The notes beneath the pieces are model-generated. The model made no database searches. It saw only the letters and a program-made list of their open reading frames with translations, and was not told the origin of the DNA. Positions 10,382-20,551 of a stretch of DNA of 46,834 nt are shown piece by piece. The translations under genes and the position numbers were made by a program. Source of the stretch: a virus (Duplodnaviria > Caudoviricetes); IMG/VR virus record IMGVR_UViG_3300044296_000119, positions 1 through 46,834 of that record. The stretch is one strand, 5' to 3'. Numbering within the stretch: position 1 is the stretch's first letter; every line of letters begins with the position of its first letter.

Positions 10382-10675
10382 CTACACCTCTATTGCGTAA
10401 ACGTCTAAGCCGTTATGTTCTGTTCGTTTTGTAAATCCCATGTGTTCAACAAACTTGCGCCACTTGTCGTCCTGATTGACGTTGTATGCACCAAGCAGGT
10501 CATATCCTTTAGTGCGAAGCCCTTCACGTATTAAATGAAGATTGAGATAGAGTTTTTTATAGACACGCAAATTCCATTGCCATAGTTCAAGGTGGATAAA
10601 CGGAACACCATCATTCATTTCCAGATGAATCAGCATGTCATCATCATCAATCAACTTAATCTTAGACATTGGCAT
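10382..10675 (-). CDS. Hypothetical protein, possible GNAT-fold
   Basis: KFVEHMGF resembles the GNAT C-terminal motif; follows tail tube B. Confidence 0.45.
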   Translation of the reverse strand: MPMSKIKLIDDDDMLIHLEMNDGVPFIHLELWQWNLRVYKKLYLNLHLIREGLRTKGYDLLGAYNVNQDDKWRKFVEHMGFTKRTEHNGLDVYAIEV

Positions 10676-12890
10676 TTCCTATGTAGGTGATCGCCCAACC
10701 GAGAAGCTGCATATCCTTGTTCTGATCGGCAGTAAACTTGAGATGCACAGCATGGCCACGTCCACGGATTTTGCTTTTGGTGATAACCACCGGGTAGCCA
10801 TCGTCAAACGTAGCTGATGGCACAGCAGGAAAGAACAAACGCTTGTGCCGATAAACTTCCTGACCTGTGCTCCACTTGTGTGCAGTTGATGTGTCTGTAA
10901 AATCCCAACGTGCTTGCAGTGTGCAGCTTGATGGAAGGATGGGTTCACCGCTGCCATCGACACCAGTCTCAGTGCGCCGCATCATTGTTGTGATGTAGAG
11001 CGCCTGAATCATTTTGTCACCACCTTGGTCTTCACCCATCTGGTAGCCCGTGACGATGTAGGCCGTGTAGCCTTGGCCAGTGCTGTCAACCGTATACCAA
11101 TCCTTGAACTTGGAAGCGGTTGTCAGTCCGTCTTCAAATCGACTAAACGTAGCTTTGAAGTTGGTAGTAGACACTACCGGCGCAACCGTGAAGAAGCGAG
11201 GCTCACTGTTGTGCAACGTAGACGGAGACAAATTGACATACAACGTGTCACTCGTAACCGTAATGAGTGTGTTGCCACTGTTGTCAACAACATCGAACGG
11301 AACTGAGATGGATGTCCGGTTCTTTGTCAACGCAATGTCTGTGACATATGGAGAGTTGGAAGCAAGCGAAGCCACACTAATTGTGTATAGCGCCTGCAAA
11401 CGCAAATCGAAACACAGCATCTGGTTTTTCTTGAACCGACGTGTGATTCCATCCTGTGAAGAATCGTTGTTATACAACCAGTAGATGGTTTTTCCTTCTA
11501 GGTAGTAACGACCACTTGCAAAGTTGCGCCCATAGATTGGGATGTGCGTATACAGCGATTGGATTGTGGTATTAGTCAGATTGAGAACGTCAAACTGCCC
11601 ACTAGCATTTGGCTTCATCAACCAGATACCGTCAGTTGACCAGTAGTAAATGGTGTTCTCTGCTTCGATGACAGTGCGAGGGCCAACACAACCAACGGCT
11701 GTGAGCTTCTTCACCTCATACGAAGTGGCTGAAAACACTGCGGCAGGGCCACCACTGATCTGCCATACGCCGTTATCGGCAAAGACCAGCAGGGTGTTGT
11801 AAGCAACCAGCAAGCGAGTAATGGTGCCTGCATCTTGGATCGGAATAACGCCGCCATCACTATCAACCAAGTCTTGAATGAATTCCGACGAAGGGTCGGC
11901 ATCCTGATAGCACTTGCCAAACTTGTCCGTGGAGGTGGCTACCTGACTAAAGAACACCCACGAACCAATCTTTGAACTTTGCGTTCCTGCATACCACGCA
12001 CGGCCAGCGTAGAACGCGCACACCGTGGGACGATAGGACTCGCTCTCTGTTGTCAGCCCTGCTACACCACTGACAGTAGAACGATCACGCTTCAGCGCAT
12101 TAAGAAGGAAGCGGCCCTTGGGTGCGGGACTAGTTCCAAAGTCCTGCTTGTCCAATAGGGACGGCGTGAAGTTGTCGCTCGAATCTTTACCTGCTGTCCA
12201 TGTCTGTGCATTGGACGGATAGACACCTGTTGCTGTCTGGTAAGTGGAGATTAGAGAGGTAGTCCACCCTTGATTGAGCAGGTTGTATTTGTGCGGATTG
12301 GAAAGTGTAGACGGCTTGTTGTCTACAGCATTGGTGTCTTCTGTGCTGCCATTCAAATCACGGATGTAGATGGTGATGGCAGCAACTGTGATGGTTGCCA
12401 AGCTCTCGTCGTATGTAACGAGTAAAGGTTCAGTGTCGGCGCTCGTGATGATGAGGTTGCCATAAGCACTGGTGCAGGAGATCGGGGCTGTGCCCGATAC
12501 ATTCGGATTGCCTGCGGCTTTCCATGCACTGAGGTCAATGGAGAAAGACTTCTCCGTAGAGCTGATGCCGTCGCCGGTGTTGTCGTAGAAGTTGACCCGG
12601 ACACCACGTTGGGTGACGATGAAGTTGCGTCCACCATTACCAGCAACACTGTTCCATTCACCAATGACAAACGCCCCATACTGTTCATCACTTGACGTGC
12701 TGACAACAGAAGACAGGGCGTAGTTGGTTTCGTAGTTGATGGCAGTGCGTTTATGCAAGCTGCCGTCAATCTGGGGAATTACATTGTCACCGTCCTGCCA
12801 TGTGTTGGGCGGATAGGTGAGAGGGCCAGCCTCAGTGTTGAGGCCAGCCACAAATGTGAAAGACTTTTTGTTGGAAACAGTCTTCGGCAC
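10662..12890 (-). CDS. Tail tubular protein B / nozzle
   Basis: 742 aa, beta-rich, N-terminal F..GL.TE, synteny. Confidence 0.75.
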   Translation of the reverse strand: MPKTVSNKKSFTFVAGLNTEAGPLTYPPNTWQDGDNVIPQIDGSLHKRTAINYETNYALSSVVSTSSDEQYGAFVIGEWNSVAGNGGRNFIVTQRGVRVNFYDNTGDGISSTEKSFSIDLSAWKAAGNPNVSGTAPISCTSAYGNLIITSADTEPLLVTYDESLATITVAAITIYIRDLNGSTEDTNAVDNKPSTLSNPHKYNLLNQGWTTSLISTYQTATGVYPSNAQTWTAGKDSSDNFTPSLLDKQDFGTSPAPKGRFLLNALKRDRSTVSGVAGLTTESESYRPTVCAFYAGRAWYAGTQSSKIGSWVFFSQVATSTDKFGKCYQDADPSSEFIQDLVDSDGGVIPIQDAGTITRLLVAYNTLLVFADNGVWQISGGPAAVFSATSYEVKKLTAVGCVGPRTVIEAENTIYYWSTDGIWLMKPNASGQFDVLNLTNTTIQSLYTHIPIYGRNFASGRYYLEGKTIYWLYNNDSSQDGITRRFKKNQMLCFDLRLQALYTISVASLASNSPYVTDIALTKNRTSISVPFDVVDNSGNTLITVTSDTLYVNLSPSTLHNSEPRFFTVAPVVSTTNFKATFSRFEDGLTTASKFKDWYTVDSTGQGYTAYIVTGYQMGEDQGGDKMIQALYITTMMRRTETGVDGSGEPILPSSCTLQARWDFTDTSTAHKWSTGQEVYRHKRLFFPAVPSATFDDGYPVVITKSKIRGRGHAVHLKFTADQNKDMQLLGWAITYIGNANV

Positions 12891-12896
12891 GGATCG

Positions 12897-13139
12897 TTAC
12901 GCAGCTTGCTTTTCATGCTCTGCCATGTAGTTCTCGATTGCGGCTTGCGCCAGTCGCTTCTGGGTGTATTTGCCTTTCAGTTCATCAGGCACTTCACCAC
13001 CAGCGGGTTGGTATTCAATGTGATAAAGACCTTCGTCTTCCATCACAGGGACTAAGCCCTTCTCTGCTTTACGCAGGTCTTTGGTTTGTTCTTCGGGTGC
13101 TTCGATCTGGTCAATGGTCTTGACAGGTTGGCGGCTCAT
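12897..13139 (-). CDS. Hypothetical protein
   Basis: Translationally coupled ORF in the virion operon. Confidence 0.65.
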   Translation of the reverse strand: MSRQPVKTIDQIEAPEEQTKDLRKAEKGLVPVMEDEGLYHIEYQPAGGEVPDELKGKYTQKRLAQAAIENYMAEHEKQAA

Positions 13140-13846
13140 CGTCTTCCGTAATTGATGTTAGAGTCTGTGCGAGGCTGTCCATCGCGTGCTTTAATTCCAG
13201 TGTTTTGAAATCGTGTGCGTCCATTCTTTGCGTAGGCTTCCTCTTTAGGATTGGCCTGTTGTTTCAGGCCGAGGAAGGCTGTGCCCTTGGCATCTGCGAG
13301 AAGTGTGGGGAACATCTTCTCCGGCAGTGTGGGTATGAAGCTGTCACTGTGTGTCCAACTTGCAGCTACCTGACAGTAGGCTGCACACTTGGACGACTGG
13401 AGCGTTGAGTCTGAACTCAAATCAATTGAATCAAAGATCACATACTGATCGTCATACGTCGTCCAGTAGAGTGGGTCGCGGTTGAGGATGAAGCCGTTGC
13501 TATCAACCACACTTGCCTGCACTGTCCGGTTGTCGAGCAGATACTTAAACTCGTGCGGATCGAGGTAGGTGACATCCTTCTTGTTGTATTTAATCCAGAG
13601 CACAGCATTAACTGTGTCCGGTATCTGCATCTTTGTCGGATTGCTGACATCAGCCAGTCCTGTAAGGCTGGTCAATGTTCTTAGGAACGGCCAGTCGTCA
13701 CGAGAACTAACCAACTTGAAGTAGCTAGTCTTGACAATTTGGGCGACTTGAACGGACTCAGGAGTATCGGAAATGGAGTTGACTACATCACTATCCATGT
13801 CGTTCATGATGTCCTGAACCATCTCAAGCAGTGTCATCTTGGCCAT
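13136..13846 (-). CDS. Tail tubular protein A / head-tail adaptor
   Basis: MTLLEMVQDI...VNSI..T.ES.QVA pattern, size, synteny. Confidence 0.75.
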   Translation of the reverse strand: MAKMTLLEMVQDIMNDMDSDVVNSISDTPESVQVAQIVKTSYFKLVSSRDDWPFLRTLTSLTGLADVSNPTKMQIPDTVNAVLWIKYNKKDVTYLDPHEFKYLLDNRTVQASVVDSNGFILNRDPLYWTTYDDQYVIFDSIDLSSDSTLQSSKCAAYCQVAASWTHSDSFIPTLPEKMFPTLLADAKGTAFLGLKQQANPKEEAYAKNGRTRFQNTGIKARDGQPRTDSNINYGRR

Positions 13847-13848
13847 GC

Positions 13849-14037
13849 TTAAACCTTAGTCAACTCAACAGGGACACACGTCCCAAGCGTTGTTGCCTTG
13901 TCTCCAATAGAACCAGCCATTTGCTGGACAATCTTTGTGCACTCTTGCTTGCTCCGTAATTGCGGGTGTTCTTCTGTCATAAACTGACACCCATTTGGTG
14001 TGCAAGCAAGAACAACGGCAACGAACAATTCAATCAT
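13849..14037 (-). CDS. Small Cys-containing protein with hydrophobic N-terminus
   Basis: Fills the gap in the operon; four Cys. Confidence 0.55.
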   Translation of the reverse strand: MIELFVAVVLACTPNGCQFMTEEHPQLRSKQECTKIVQQMAGSIGDKATTLGTCVPVELTKV

Positions 14038-14039
14038 TG

Positions 14040-14429
14040 TTATGTCCGATAGACGAAGAAGGAGTAGACTTCAGAAGCAGTGGGCGTAATGCCAGCAGCC
14101 GTGTTGTTCATGAACGTGATGGCAATTGTGTTGTCCGCTGTGACGCGCCAATTAACCAAGCCCAAACCAGCTTGATGTGTCGGCTTACGCACAGAGATGA
14201 CATCGTCAGTGGCAGCAACCACACCAGTTACGGTGAACGTCTGTTCAGACGTAGTGTTGGCATTGACAATGGCCGGAGTGATAGTTGCGGTGTAACGTTT
14301 AAGCCGAAGCTTCCAAGCACCGGAGCCTGCACCATCGGCTACATACATTGTGTCAGCAGCAGCCGAGGCAACACCTTTGCTCTCGTGGATGTTCGGATCA
14401 GTGAGGTCTTTGTGATTGACTGTTGCCAT
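14040..14429 (-). CDS. Putative virion structural protein
   Basis: H..L.DP.IHE.KG N-terminus, beta-rich. Confidence 0.6.
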   Translation of the reverse strand: MATVNHKDLTDPNIHESKGVASAAADTMYVADGAGSGAWKLRLKRYTATITPAIVNANTTSEQTFTVTGVVAATDDVISVRKPTHQAGLGLVNWRVTADNTIAITFMNNTAAGITPTASEVYSFFVYRT

Positions 14430-14442
14430 AACAAACCTTAAG

Positions 14443-14480
14443 AAAAAAGGGGCAGCAGGTTGTTGACACTGCCGCCCCTT
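14443..14480 (-). terminator. Intrinsic terminator after the capsid genes
   Basis: Minus strand AAGGGGCGGCAG...CTGCTGCCCC followed by TTTTTT. Confidence 0.75.
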
Positions 14481-14517
14481 GTTTGCTACTCACCCCATTG
14501 CAGGGCTAGTGGATTGA

Positions 14518-14991
14518 TTACTCGTATTCCACAACAATCGTTGCGTCACCTGCTGTGTAGGTGCCCGTGATTGTGAGGAACAGATCGGTGGCCGCTGCAT
14601 ACACTTTGGGAAAGCGCATTGCAGTCGTATCCGTGCCACCAGTTACGTAGACACCAGAGCCTACGATTTCCGCACCCGCAGTGAGGTTGGCGGTTGCCGC
14701 GTTGGTCGAGCTAACCCAACCACCGGCTGTCGTGCCGTCACCAAACTGAAGGTTGGTGCCACCCACCCACGCTGTGCCAACGTGCAGACGCACACGCCGA
14801 ACAGCACTACCTGCGGGAACAGTGATCTTCGCACCCGAAGCACCACTGGTAGATTGATATGTAACTTGAAGTCGAGCTTCTTTGATTGTGCCGAACTGCT
14901 TTGATACACCGGCTGTGTTACGCTCCGGTGCATTCGCACCGAAGCCAACAACCAGACCGTCCGAGTTCGTCCAAGTAGCTGCACGAGTCAT
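14518..14991 (-). CDS. Putative capsid decoration / minor capsid protein
   Basis: Directly after the MCP; WTNSDGL.V.FG start; Gly/Thr/Ala-rich. Confidence 0.6.
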   Translation of the reverse strand: MTRAATWTNSDGLVVGFGANAPERNTAGVSKQFGTIKEARLQVTYQSTSGASGAKITVPAGSAVRRVRLHVGTAWVGGTNLQFGDGTTAGGWVSSTNAATANLTAGAEIVGSGVYVTGGTDTTAMRFPKVYAAATDLFLTITGTYTAGDATIVVEYE

Positions 14992-15008
14992 AGTTCAGTC
15001 TCCTTTAA

Positions 15009-15989
15009 TTAGATTGTGTTCTTGGAGAGAACAGTGACCAGAGCTTCCGGGCGATACAGCTTGAGGCCGTAACGCGCGTTCATGACATACTCATCACGAC
15101 GCAGGTCTTTGTTGCGTTCAAACTCCACACGCGGCATTTGACGCCACGCGCCTTTGAACGGGGTTTCATCCCCACCAAAGCTGAAGAACAGGTTTGCTAC
15201 CGCACCGCTAGGCGAAGTAACCGAGCCACGGCTGTCCGCATTGATCGCTTCCGTGCCAGTGATAGTCGGCAGGTAGTTGGACACGTAGACGTCAAAACCG
15301 TATACGTTGCGGATAAAGCGCAGACCTGTGGTCGGGCCTTTGTCCGTCATACCAGTTTCGATGATGCCGTTGAACATCGGGTTGTTCTGCACCGAAGTCA
15401 GGTTGGTCAGCGTGTTGATGACATACTCTTGCGACGGATCAATGATCGCCACACGAGCTTGCGTCACCGCAGCTTTATCCAACGCAAATTTCGCTTGCGC
15501 GAAGTCCGACAGTTGCAGCGTAGTGTTGGTGTTACCCGACGCTACGAAGCGGTGAGCCGCACCGTTGATGCTGTTCGGGTTGGCCGCTGTCTGCGAGCTT
15601 TGCAGAGCAAAGATGTTGGTTTCAAGGTTTTCTTCGATGGCCCGCTTCATACGCGGGAGGAACGCTGCGATCAGTTGGTCAGCGTAGTAGCTGTCCTGTT
15701 TCGCTTTATCCGTGATATACGTTGCCGCTTCAACATACTGGTTGATGGTGAACGTAAAGTTACCAGTGCCGAGCGAATCGTATACAACCGGATCAGTTTC
15801 AGACACGTTCCGCATCGGAATATCACCGATAGACGGAATGTTGAATGTAGTGCCATCCGGGAAATTGGACATCCAGTTGACATACTTCTGGCCCATCAGC
15901 ACATCACGGAGAATCTCCTTGAGCTGATCCGACCAGAGATTGGCGCGAACGAGGTTAGTCGATACGCCGCTATAGTCCATTGCAGGCAT
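15009..15989 (-). CDS. Major capsid protein
   Basis: 326 aa, between scaffold and terminator, YGFDVYVSN and ARYGLKLYRPE motifs. Confidence 0.85.
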   Translation of the reverse strand: MPAMDYSGVSTNLVRANLWSDQLKEILRDVLMGQKYVNWMSNFPDGTTFNIPSIGDIPMRNVSETDPVVYDSLGTGNFTFTINQYVEAATYITDKAKQDSYYADQLIAAFLPRMKRAIEENLETNIFALQSSQTAANPNSINGAAHRFVASGNTNTTLQLSDFAQAKFALDKAAVTQARVAIIDPSQEYVINTLTNLTSVQNNPMFNGIIETGMTDKGPTTGLRFIRNVYGFDVYVSNYLPTITGTEAINADSRGSVTSPSGAVANLFFSFGGDETPFKGAWRQMPRVEFERNKDLRRDEYVMNARYGLKLYRPEALVTVLSKNTI

Positions 15990-16043
15990 TGTTACTTCCT
16001 ACCCTTATTATTTTTGTTGTCGTAGGATTGAACCGGGATGTTC

Positions 16044-16823
16044 TTAGGAACTTGCGCCGAAGAACTTTTCCTGATTGGCAATCGCCGCTTTGTGCATCTG
16101 TGATTGAACTGCTTGCGAGTAATACTCGTTCGGTTTGGTGCGACGGAGGTTGTCGTAAAACTCCTTGCAACCCGGATCGGCAACACGCCCCGATTGAGAA
16201 ATGGAACTCAGCGCAGCAGTGTTGACAGCAGTGGAGCCATCAACATGTGAACCAGTGGCCGCTTGCGCGGGCTGGAACACTGCAACAAACTTATCCGGGC
16301 TTACCGAAGCCAGCTCAGTCAGCGCCTTACGCAGTTCAGGAGTCGTAGCTGCTTTCGCAAAAACCTCAGCGGCTTTATCGCCGTAGAGTTTCTTCATTGC
16401 AGCATCCGAAGCCTGTAGATTGGCTTGGCGAATCTTGGCTGTTTCGTGGCCTGTGATAGCGTTGCTCACGATCTTGGCGACATCCTGCGCGGTGAGTCCT
16501 TGACTCTGGTCACTCCGGTCTTGAGTGCCTGCGCTCGGTTCGTCCTTCAACCGTTTCAAGACATCATCGAGAGTCTTGGCTTTAGTTAGCTCTTCACGAA
16601 GAGTTGCGTTCTCGCCTTTCAGCTTTTCAACGAACTCGTCCGCATTGAGATAGGCTTTAGCCAGATCATCAATCGTCTTATACTTGCGGCCTTCGCCAAC
16701 AAGTATTGCCACCGACTCTGACAGGGTGTCGCCCTGTTTAGCAGCAGCAGTTTGATTCGGGGTTTGGTTCAGGGTTGCCGATTGGTCGTCGGCAGAGAAG
16801 AGGGATTTGTCTTGGTCAGACAT
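16044..16823 (-). CDS. Capsid scaffolding protein
   Basis: Charged helical protein, VGEG.KY.T.DDLAK motif, between portal and MCP. Confidence 0.75.
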   Translation of the reverse strand: MSDQDKSLFSADDQSATLNQTPNQTAAAKQGDTLSESVAILVGEGRKYKTIDDLAKAYLNADEFVEKLKGENATLREELTKAKTLDDVLKRLKDEPSAGTQDRSDQSQGLTAQDVAKIVSNAITGHETAKIRQANLQASDAAMKKLYGDKAAEVFAKAATTPELRKALTELASVSPDKFVAVFQPAQAATGSHVDGSTAVNTAALSSISQSGRVADPGCKEFYDNLRRTKPNEYYSQAVQSQMHKAAIANQEKFFGASS

Positions 16824-16862
16824 GAAGTAAACCTAATTGAGAGTGAGGTTTACTTCGGAAAC

Positions 16863-16937
16863 TGGAAGCGGGTGATGGATTTGCACCATCGTCCTTCGGC
16901 TTATGAGGCCGACGAGCTGCTACTGCTCCAACCCGCT
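16863..16937 (-). tRNA. tRNA-Met(CAT)-like gene, atypical
   Basis: AGCGGGT acceptor stem, TCGGC-CTCATAA-GCCGA anticodon arm, CCA end; T-loop TGCAAAT and D-loop without GG. Confidence 0.75.
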
Positions 16938-16945
16938 ATAACCCC

Positions 16946-16972
16946 TTAGACAATAAAAGCTGAAAAAAGTTC
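16946..16972 (-). promoter_or_regulatory. SigmaE-type promoter
   Basis: GAACTT-16 nt-TCTAA directly upstream of tRNA-Met/scaffold/capsid. Confidence 0.7.
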
Positions 16973-16974
16973 CC

Positions 16975-17226
16975 TTACTTATCTAAAGAGTCAGGGAGTA
17001 ATGACAATATCTTATCAATCATTTGCTTCTGAGCTAGTTCATAAACAAGCTTTTCATAATGATTGGGAGTATTAAAGTCATCTGCTTTTATATTACCTAG
17101 TGATTCTTTAATGTTCTTAAGAACATCAGCCAGAGGCTGAAGAGTGTAAGTCTGGTTGTTCCAGTGTTTCTCCCACTCTTCAGGTGTAGTGTCCTTTGGC
17201 TTAAAGCGCATCAGTTGTGCATTCAT
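16975..17226 (-). CDS. Hypothetical protein (AT-rich gene)
   Basis: Coupled to the portal stop codon. Confidence 0.7.
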   Translation of the reverse strand: MNAQLMRFKPKDTTPEEWEKHWNNQTYTLQPLADVLKNIKESLGNIKADDFNTPNHYEKLVYELAQKQMIDKILSLLPDSLDK

Positions 17227-19004
17227 GCAGGCTCCTCAACAGGAGCCGGGGCATGGTCAGACGGTTGCAACTCCGACGGCATACCCTGCTCTGTTTGAAG
17301 TTGTTCGTGTGCCGCACCTTTGACACGCTCAGTTTCGGCAGCTTCCATGATGGCTACGTTGTCCTTGACGATGCCGAAGGTCTTCCAACCCATGACATCA
17401 GACAGAGCGTGAGCCACAGCCTTACCAGATACATGCACCTTAATCTCAGGGATTTGCTCAATGAGGTTGAGGGTTTGGTTGAGTTCCTGCACGAACATAG
17501 CTTGCTCAGCAAAGTGACGAGCACCTACCGCATAGAACTTACCCTTGGCTGTTACGTCTTCCTTGGTGATGTCTACGAATTGCTTGGTGCCATAGTCGGG
17601 GTCAGTAACTTCGATCTGATCCTTGGCAGACATGGTGCGGACAGCTTCCTCGAACATGGAGTTGAGAAGCGGCTCGATGAGGTTTTGTTCAAACCATCTG
17701 ACCTTCGATTGGAAGATACGGCCAGCGCCATTCTCCAATACCTGCACCTCATATTTGGTCTTTTCACCCGGAGTGCGGATACCCATAGCCTGCTTGGGCG
17801 CACCTGCCATCTCCTCCATCCGGTTCATGAGAATATCAATCTCATTGTCCGCAGACAGGGCAGCAGCATCGGGACGATCAAACTCCACGTCACCCTCATC
17901 CCCCATTTGAATCTGGACACCGGGGCCAAACTCAAATGCTTGGACAGTGGTGCCCTTGATCTTGGTGATCGGGTGAGCAATCTGGTCGAATACGTCAGCC
18001 TTCAGGTTTTCAAGGTGGTCAATCCGATATTGCATACCCACAAGCTGATCGAGCGGGCCTTGGGCCATCAGGTTGTCAGGGCGTAGACGCCAGCCACAAT
18101 GCTTGATGGGGCGTTCCCCAGTCCAGCTAGGATTGGGCATCATGCGTAAAATCCAACGCCGATCCACCACAGTGATGAGCATGTCGTTGTAGAACTGGCC
18201 GGTGGCTACATCGTAGATGTCGCCGTAGAAGTCGAGCAGTTCCACCATACCACTGGCAAAGTATTGCTGGATGTCACCGAAGCCATCCACCACCAAGCCA
18301 TCGCTTTTAATTGCGTCGATGGTGTCCGCCCCTGCTACACGGATGCCCTTAACTTTCTCAAGCGTAGCTTTCTCATACAGCAGTCCCGGCTTCTCAACGA
18401 TGTCTTTCTCCAGTTCACCGATGGACTTGAGCCGACGCACAATGCACGGGGCACGATCAAACGAGGACGCAGTGACGTCGAAGCAGATGTCGAGCGGACT
18501 GATACGAAAGGCACTCGGCCCTGTGTAGGTCACAATCTCTTCACCTGTAGCCGGGTCTTTCTTTGTTTCCTTAACCTGTTCGTGGCCAGCAAACACATTG
18601 CCATAGTCGATGTAGTCGAGGACTAGCTGGCTCACGACGGTTTGGAAGTCCATCGCCTTGAGCTTGCAACGCATGTAGGCTTCGATCTTTTCCTTCTTCG
18701 ATTTGTCTACCGATTCATCGTCATCCCCATTCCAAGTGAACCACTGGTCACGCGGGAAAAGCGCAGCCATGTAGTTGGCATGAAGGTTGTCTCTGATCTG
18801 CGTAAGCTTAGGAGTTACTGTGCTGTTTTTCCAAGGCAATTGCTTGTTCGTGGTTTCACGAGTGGAGGTAGCAAAGAGGTATTGACGCAGCTCTTTCTTA
18901 TCCTCAACCCAACGGTCACGAAGTGTGTTCCACACCACCCATTTGTTACTAACAATGGCGGCAATGTTGTCCTTGACAAAACGTTCGTCTAGCGTGTTCG
19001 GCAT
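17223..19004 (-). CDS. Portal protein
   Basis: 593 aa after TerL; LPWKN.T..PKL.QIRDNL and MGIRTPGEKT.EV motifs. Confidence 0.85.
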   Translation of the reverse strand: MPNTLDERFVKDNIAAIVSNKWVVWNTLRDRWVEDKKELRQYLFATSTRETTNKQLPWKNSTVTPKLTQIRDNLHANYMAALFPRDQWFTWNGDDDESVDKSKKEKIEAYMRCKLKAMDFQTVVSQLVLDYIDYGNVFAGHEQVKETKKDPATGEEIVTYTGPSAFRISPLDICFDVTASSFDRAPCIVRRLKSIGELEKDIVEKPGLLYEKATLEKVKGIRVAGADTIDAIKSDGLVVDGFGDIQQYFASGMVELLDFYGDIYDVATGQFYNDMLITVVDRRWILRMMPNPSWTGERPIKHCGWRLRPDNLMAQGPLDQLVGMQYRIDHLENLKADVFDQIAHPITKIKGTTVQAFEFGPGVQIQMGDEGDVEFDRPDAAALSADNEIDILMNRMEEMAGAPKQAMGIRTPGEKTKYEVQVLENGAGRIFQSKVRWFEQNLIEPLLNSMFEEAVRTMSAKDQIEVTDPDYGTKQFVDITKEDVTAKGKFYAVGARHFAEQAMFVQELNQTLNLIEQIPEIKVHVSGKAVAHALSDVMGWKTFGIVKDNVAIMEAAETERVKGAAHEQLQTEQGMPSELQPSDHAPAPVEEPA

Positions 19005-19021
19005 GTGTTCCTAGGAACAGA

Positions 19022-20551
19022 TTAGGCGGCAGCAACGCCGCCAAAACGCGATGAATAAACTACGTTGGTTGGCTTCCATGCCTGCTTCTTCATCGGGGGT
19101 TTGGCAATCTCAACCACCGCAGCAAGGCAGTCTTTAACGTCGTCGTGTTCCGGGTGCTCAACCATCAACTCGTCTTCGAGTGTTTGGCAGTTGCCACCTT
19201 TGTAGTGCCAGATTTGCAAGTTGGCATACCGAGGTTCGAGCGAAGCACGGATGCGTTCTTCTTTGTTACTTGTGGGACGGTGTTCGTCAATTGAGATGGG
19301 AAGGTTTTGCTTCCGCATATACTCTTTAAACTGACTCACAATCAACGACTGGGCAGCCGTCACCTCCGCTCGCAGCTTCCTGAATTGCCACTTCCGATAG
19401 CACTTGACGATGCGTTCATACATGTCGGAGATGCGGTTGGTGCGGAACCGATCTATGTCCAAGACATAAATTGATCCCTCTTCATCCACACCCACTGTGA
19501 CAATTGCGGTGTAGTCGGCGTGTTCACTTACGCTATAAGCAAAGTCCACCGCAGTGAACACATGCAACATCCTGTCACCCAGATACCAAACTCCACTCAG
19601 GTTGCGGAGGTTTTCACGCGAGTAGTATTGGAAGCGTCCCGCATCTATGTAGCTGTTCTCAGGACTGTTCGGGTTGTTGTAATACTGCGCGTAAAACTGT
19701 GTGACATCGAGGTATTTGGCTTTCTTACGTGCCAGTTCCCGTTCATCAAAGCCAAAGCTCTTGCCGTCTGATCGACGCTGCTTAGGCCATAGATATTCTC
19801 CGTTCACCTCAACCGCACGCTCGAACACCTCATACACTTCACGTTCGACATCCTCACTGGTTGTCTCGTCGTAGAAGTATTCACGCATATCAATCATGTC
19901 GCGGTAGATGTCAGACGGGTGGTAGCGTGTCCCTACAGCCCATTCCTTAGCTCCTGTCGTTTCAATGGAGCTAAGCTGCGAATAGAACGCTCGCGTCTGT
20001 TCTCGTCCCAGTTCAGTGTAGGCATTCTGGGGAACTACAATGTCATCGAGGATGGCAACATTGCAGTGCAGTCCAGTGGTGTTGGCAGTGAGTCCCACCG
20101 CTTTAACAGTGGGGTCACGCACGCCTTCAGCCTTCCTTTTGGGATGGTCTACTGCGATTTCATCGACACTCCAACGCTCCCGCATGTTCTCGTTCTTCTG
20201 CACCATCTCTGGCCAGTAGTAGCGATAGATGTCGGAAGTGAGAATGTCCTTGATAAACTTGAGCTGCTTCTCCGCTAGGTTGGCAGTTGCGCTCACATAC
20301 AAGACTGTTGTCTCTGGATGTTTCGTCACCCACCACGCTACGCGGTAGGCAATCATGGCGCTCTTTTGATGGTCGCGGGGGAGCAGGACGAGCTGGTTGT
20401 CCAGCGCATCGTCACGTTCCCACCAGCGAACTAGCTCCTCGTGCACAGCACCAATCATTCGGTGCGGTGCCACCAACCTAATGAAAGTTAGGAGGTCTGC
20501 TTCAGCGGCAGCTTTTACTTCATCAAGATGGTCGTGTTTCTTACCAGCCAC
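19022..20551 (-). CDS. terL: Terminase large subunit
   Basis: PRDHQKS Walker-A-like, ILDD Walker B, GTRY, VDFA and HDDVKD nuclease motifs. Confidence 0.9.
   Translation of the reverse strand: MAGKKHDHLDEVKAAAEADLLTFIRLVAPHRMIGAVHEELVRWWERDDALDNQLVLLPRDHQKSAMIAYRVAWWVTKHPETTVLYVSATANLAEKQLKFIKDILTSDIYRYYWPEMVQKNENMRERWSVDEIAVDHPKRKAEGVRDPTVKAVGLTANTTGLHCNVAILDDIVVPQNAYTELGREQTRAFYSQLSSIETTGAKEWAVGTRYHPSDIYRDMIDMREYFYDETTSEDVEREVYEVFERAVEVNGEYLWPKQRRSDGKSFGFDERELARKKAKYLDVTQFYAQYYNNPNSPENSYIDAGRFQYYSRENLRNLSGVWYLGDRMLHVFTAVDFAYSVSEHADYTAIVTVGVDEEGSIYVLDIDRFRTNRISDMYERIVKCYRKWQFRKLRAEVTAAQSLIVSQFKEYMRKQNLPISIDEHRPTSNKEERIRASLEPRYANLQIWHYKGGNCQTLEDELMVEHPEHDDVKDCLAAVVEIAKPPMKKQAWKPTNVVYSSRFGGVAAA

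Noticed and set aside
15138-16025. Long antisense ORFs (also 8842-9600, 17217-18086) and the alternate-frame ORF 35901-36512
   Set aside because: Shadows of well-supported genes, with no RBS or motifs
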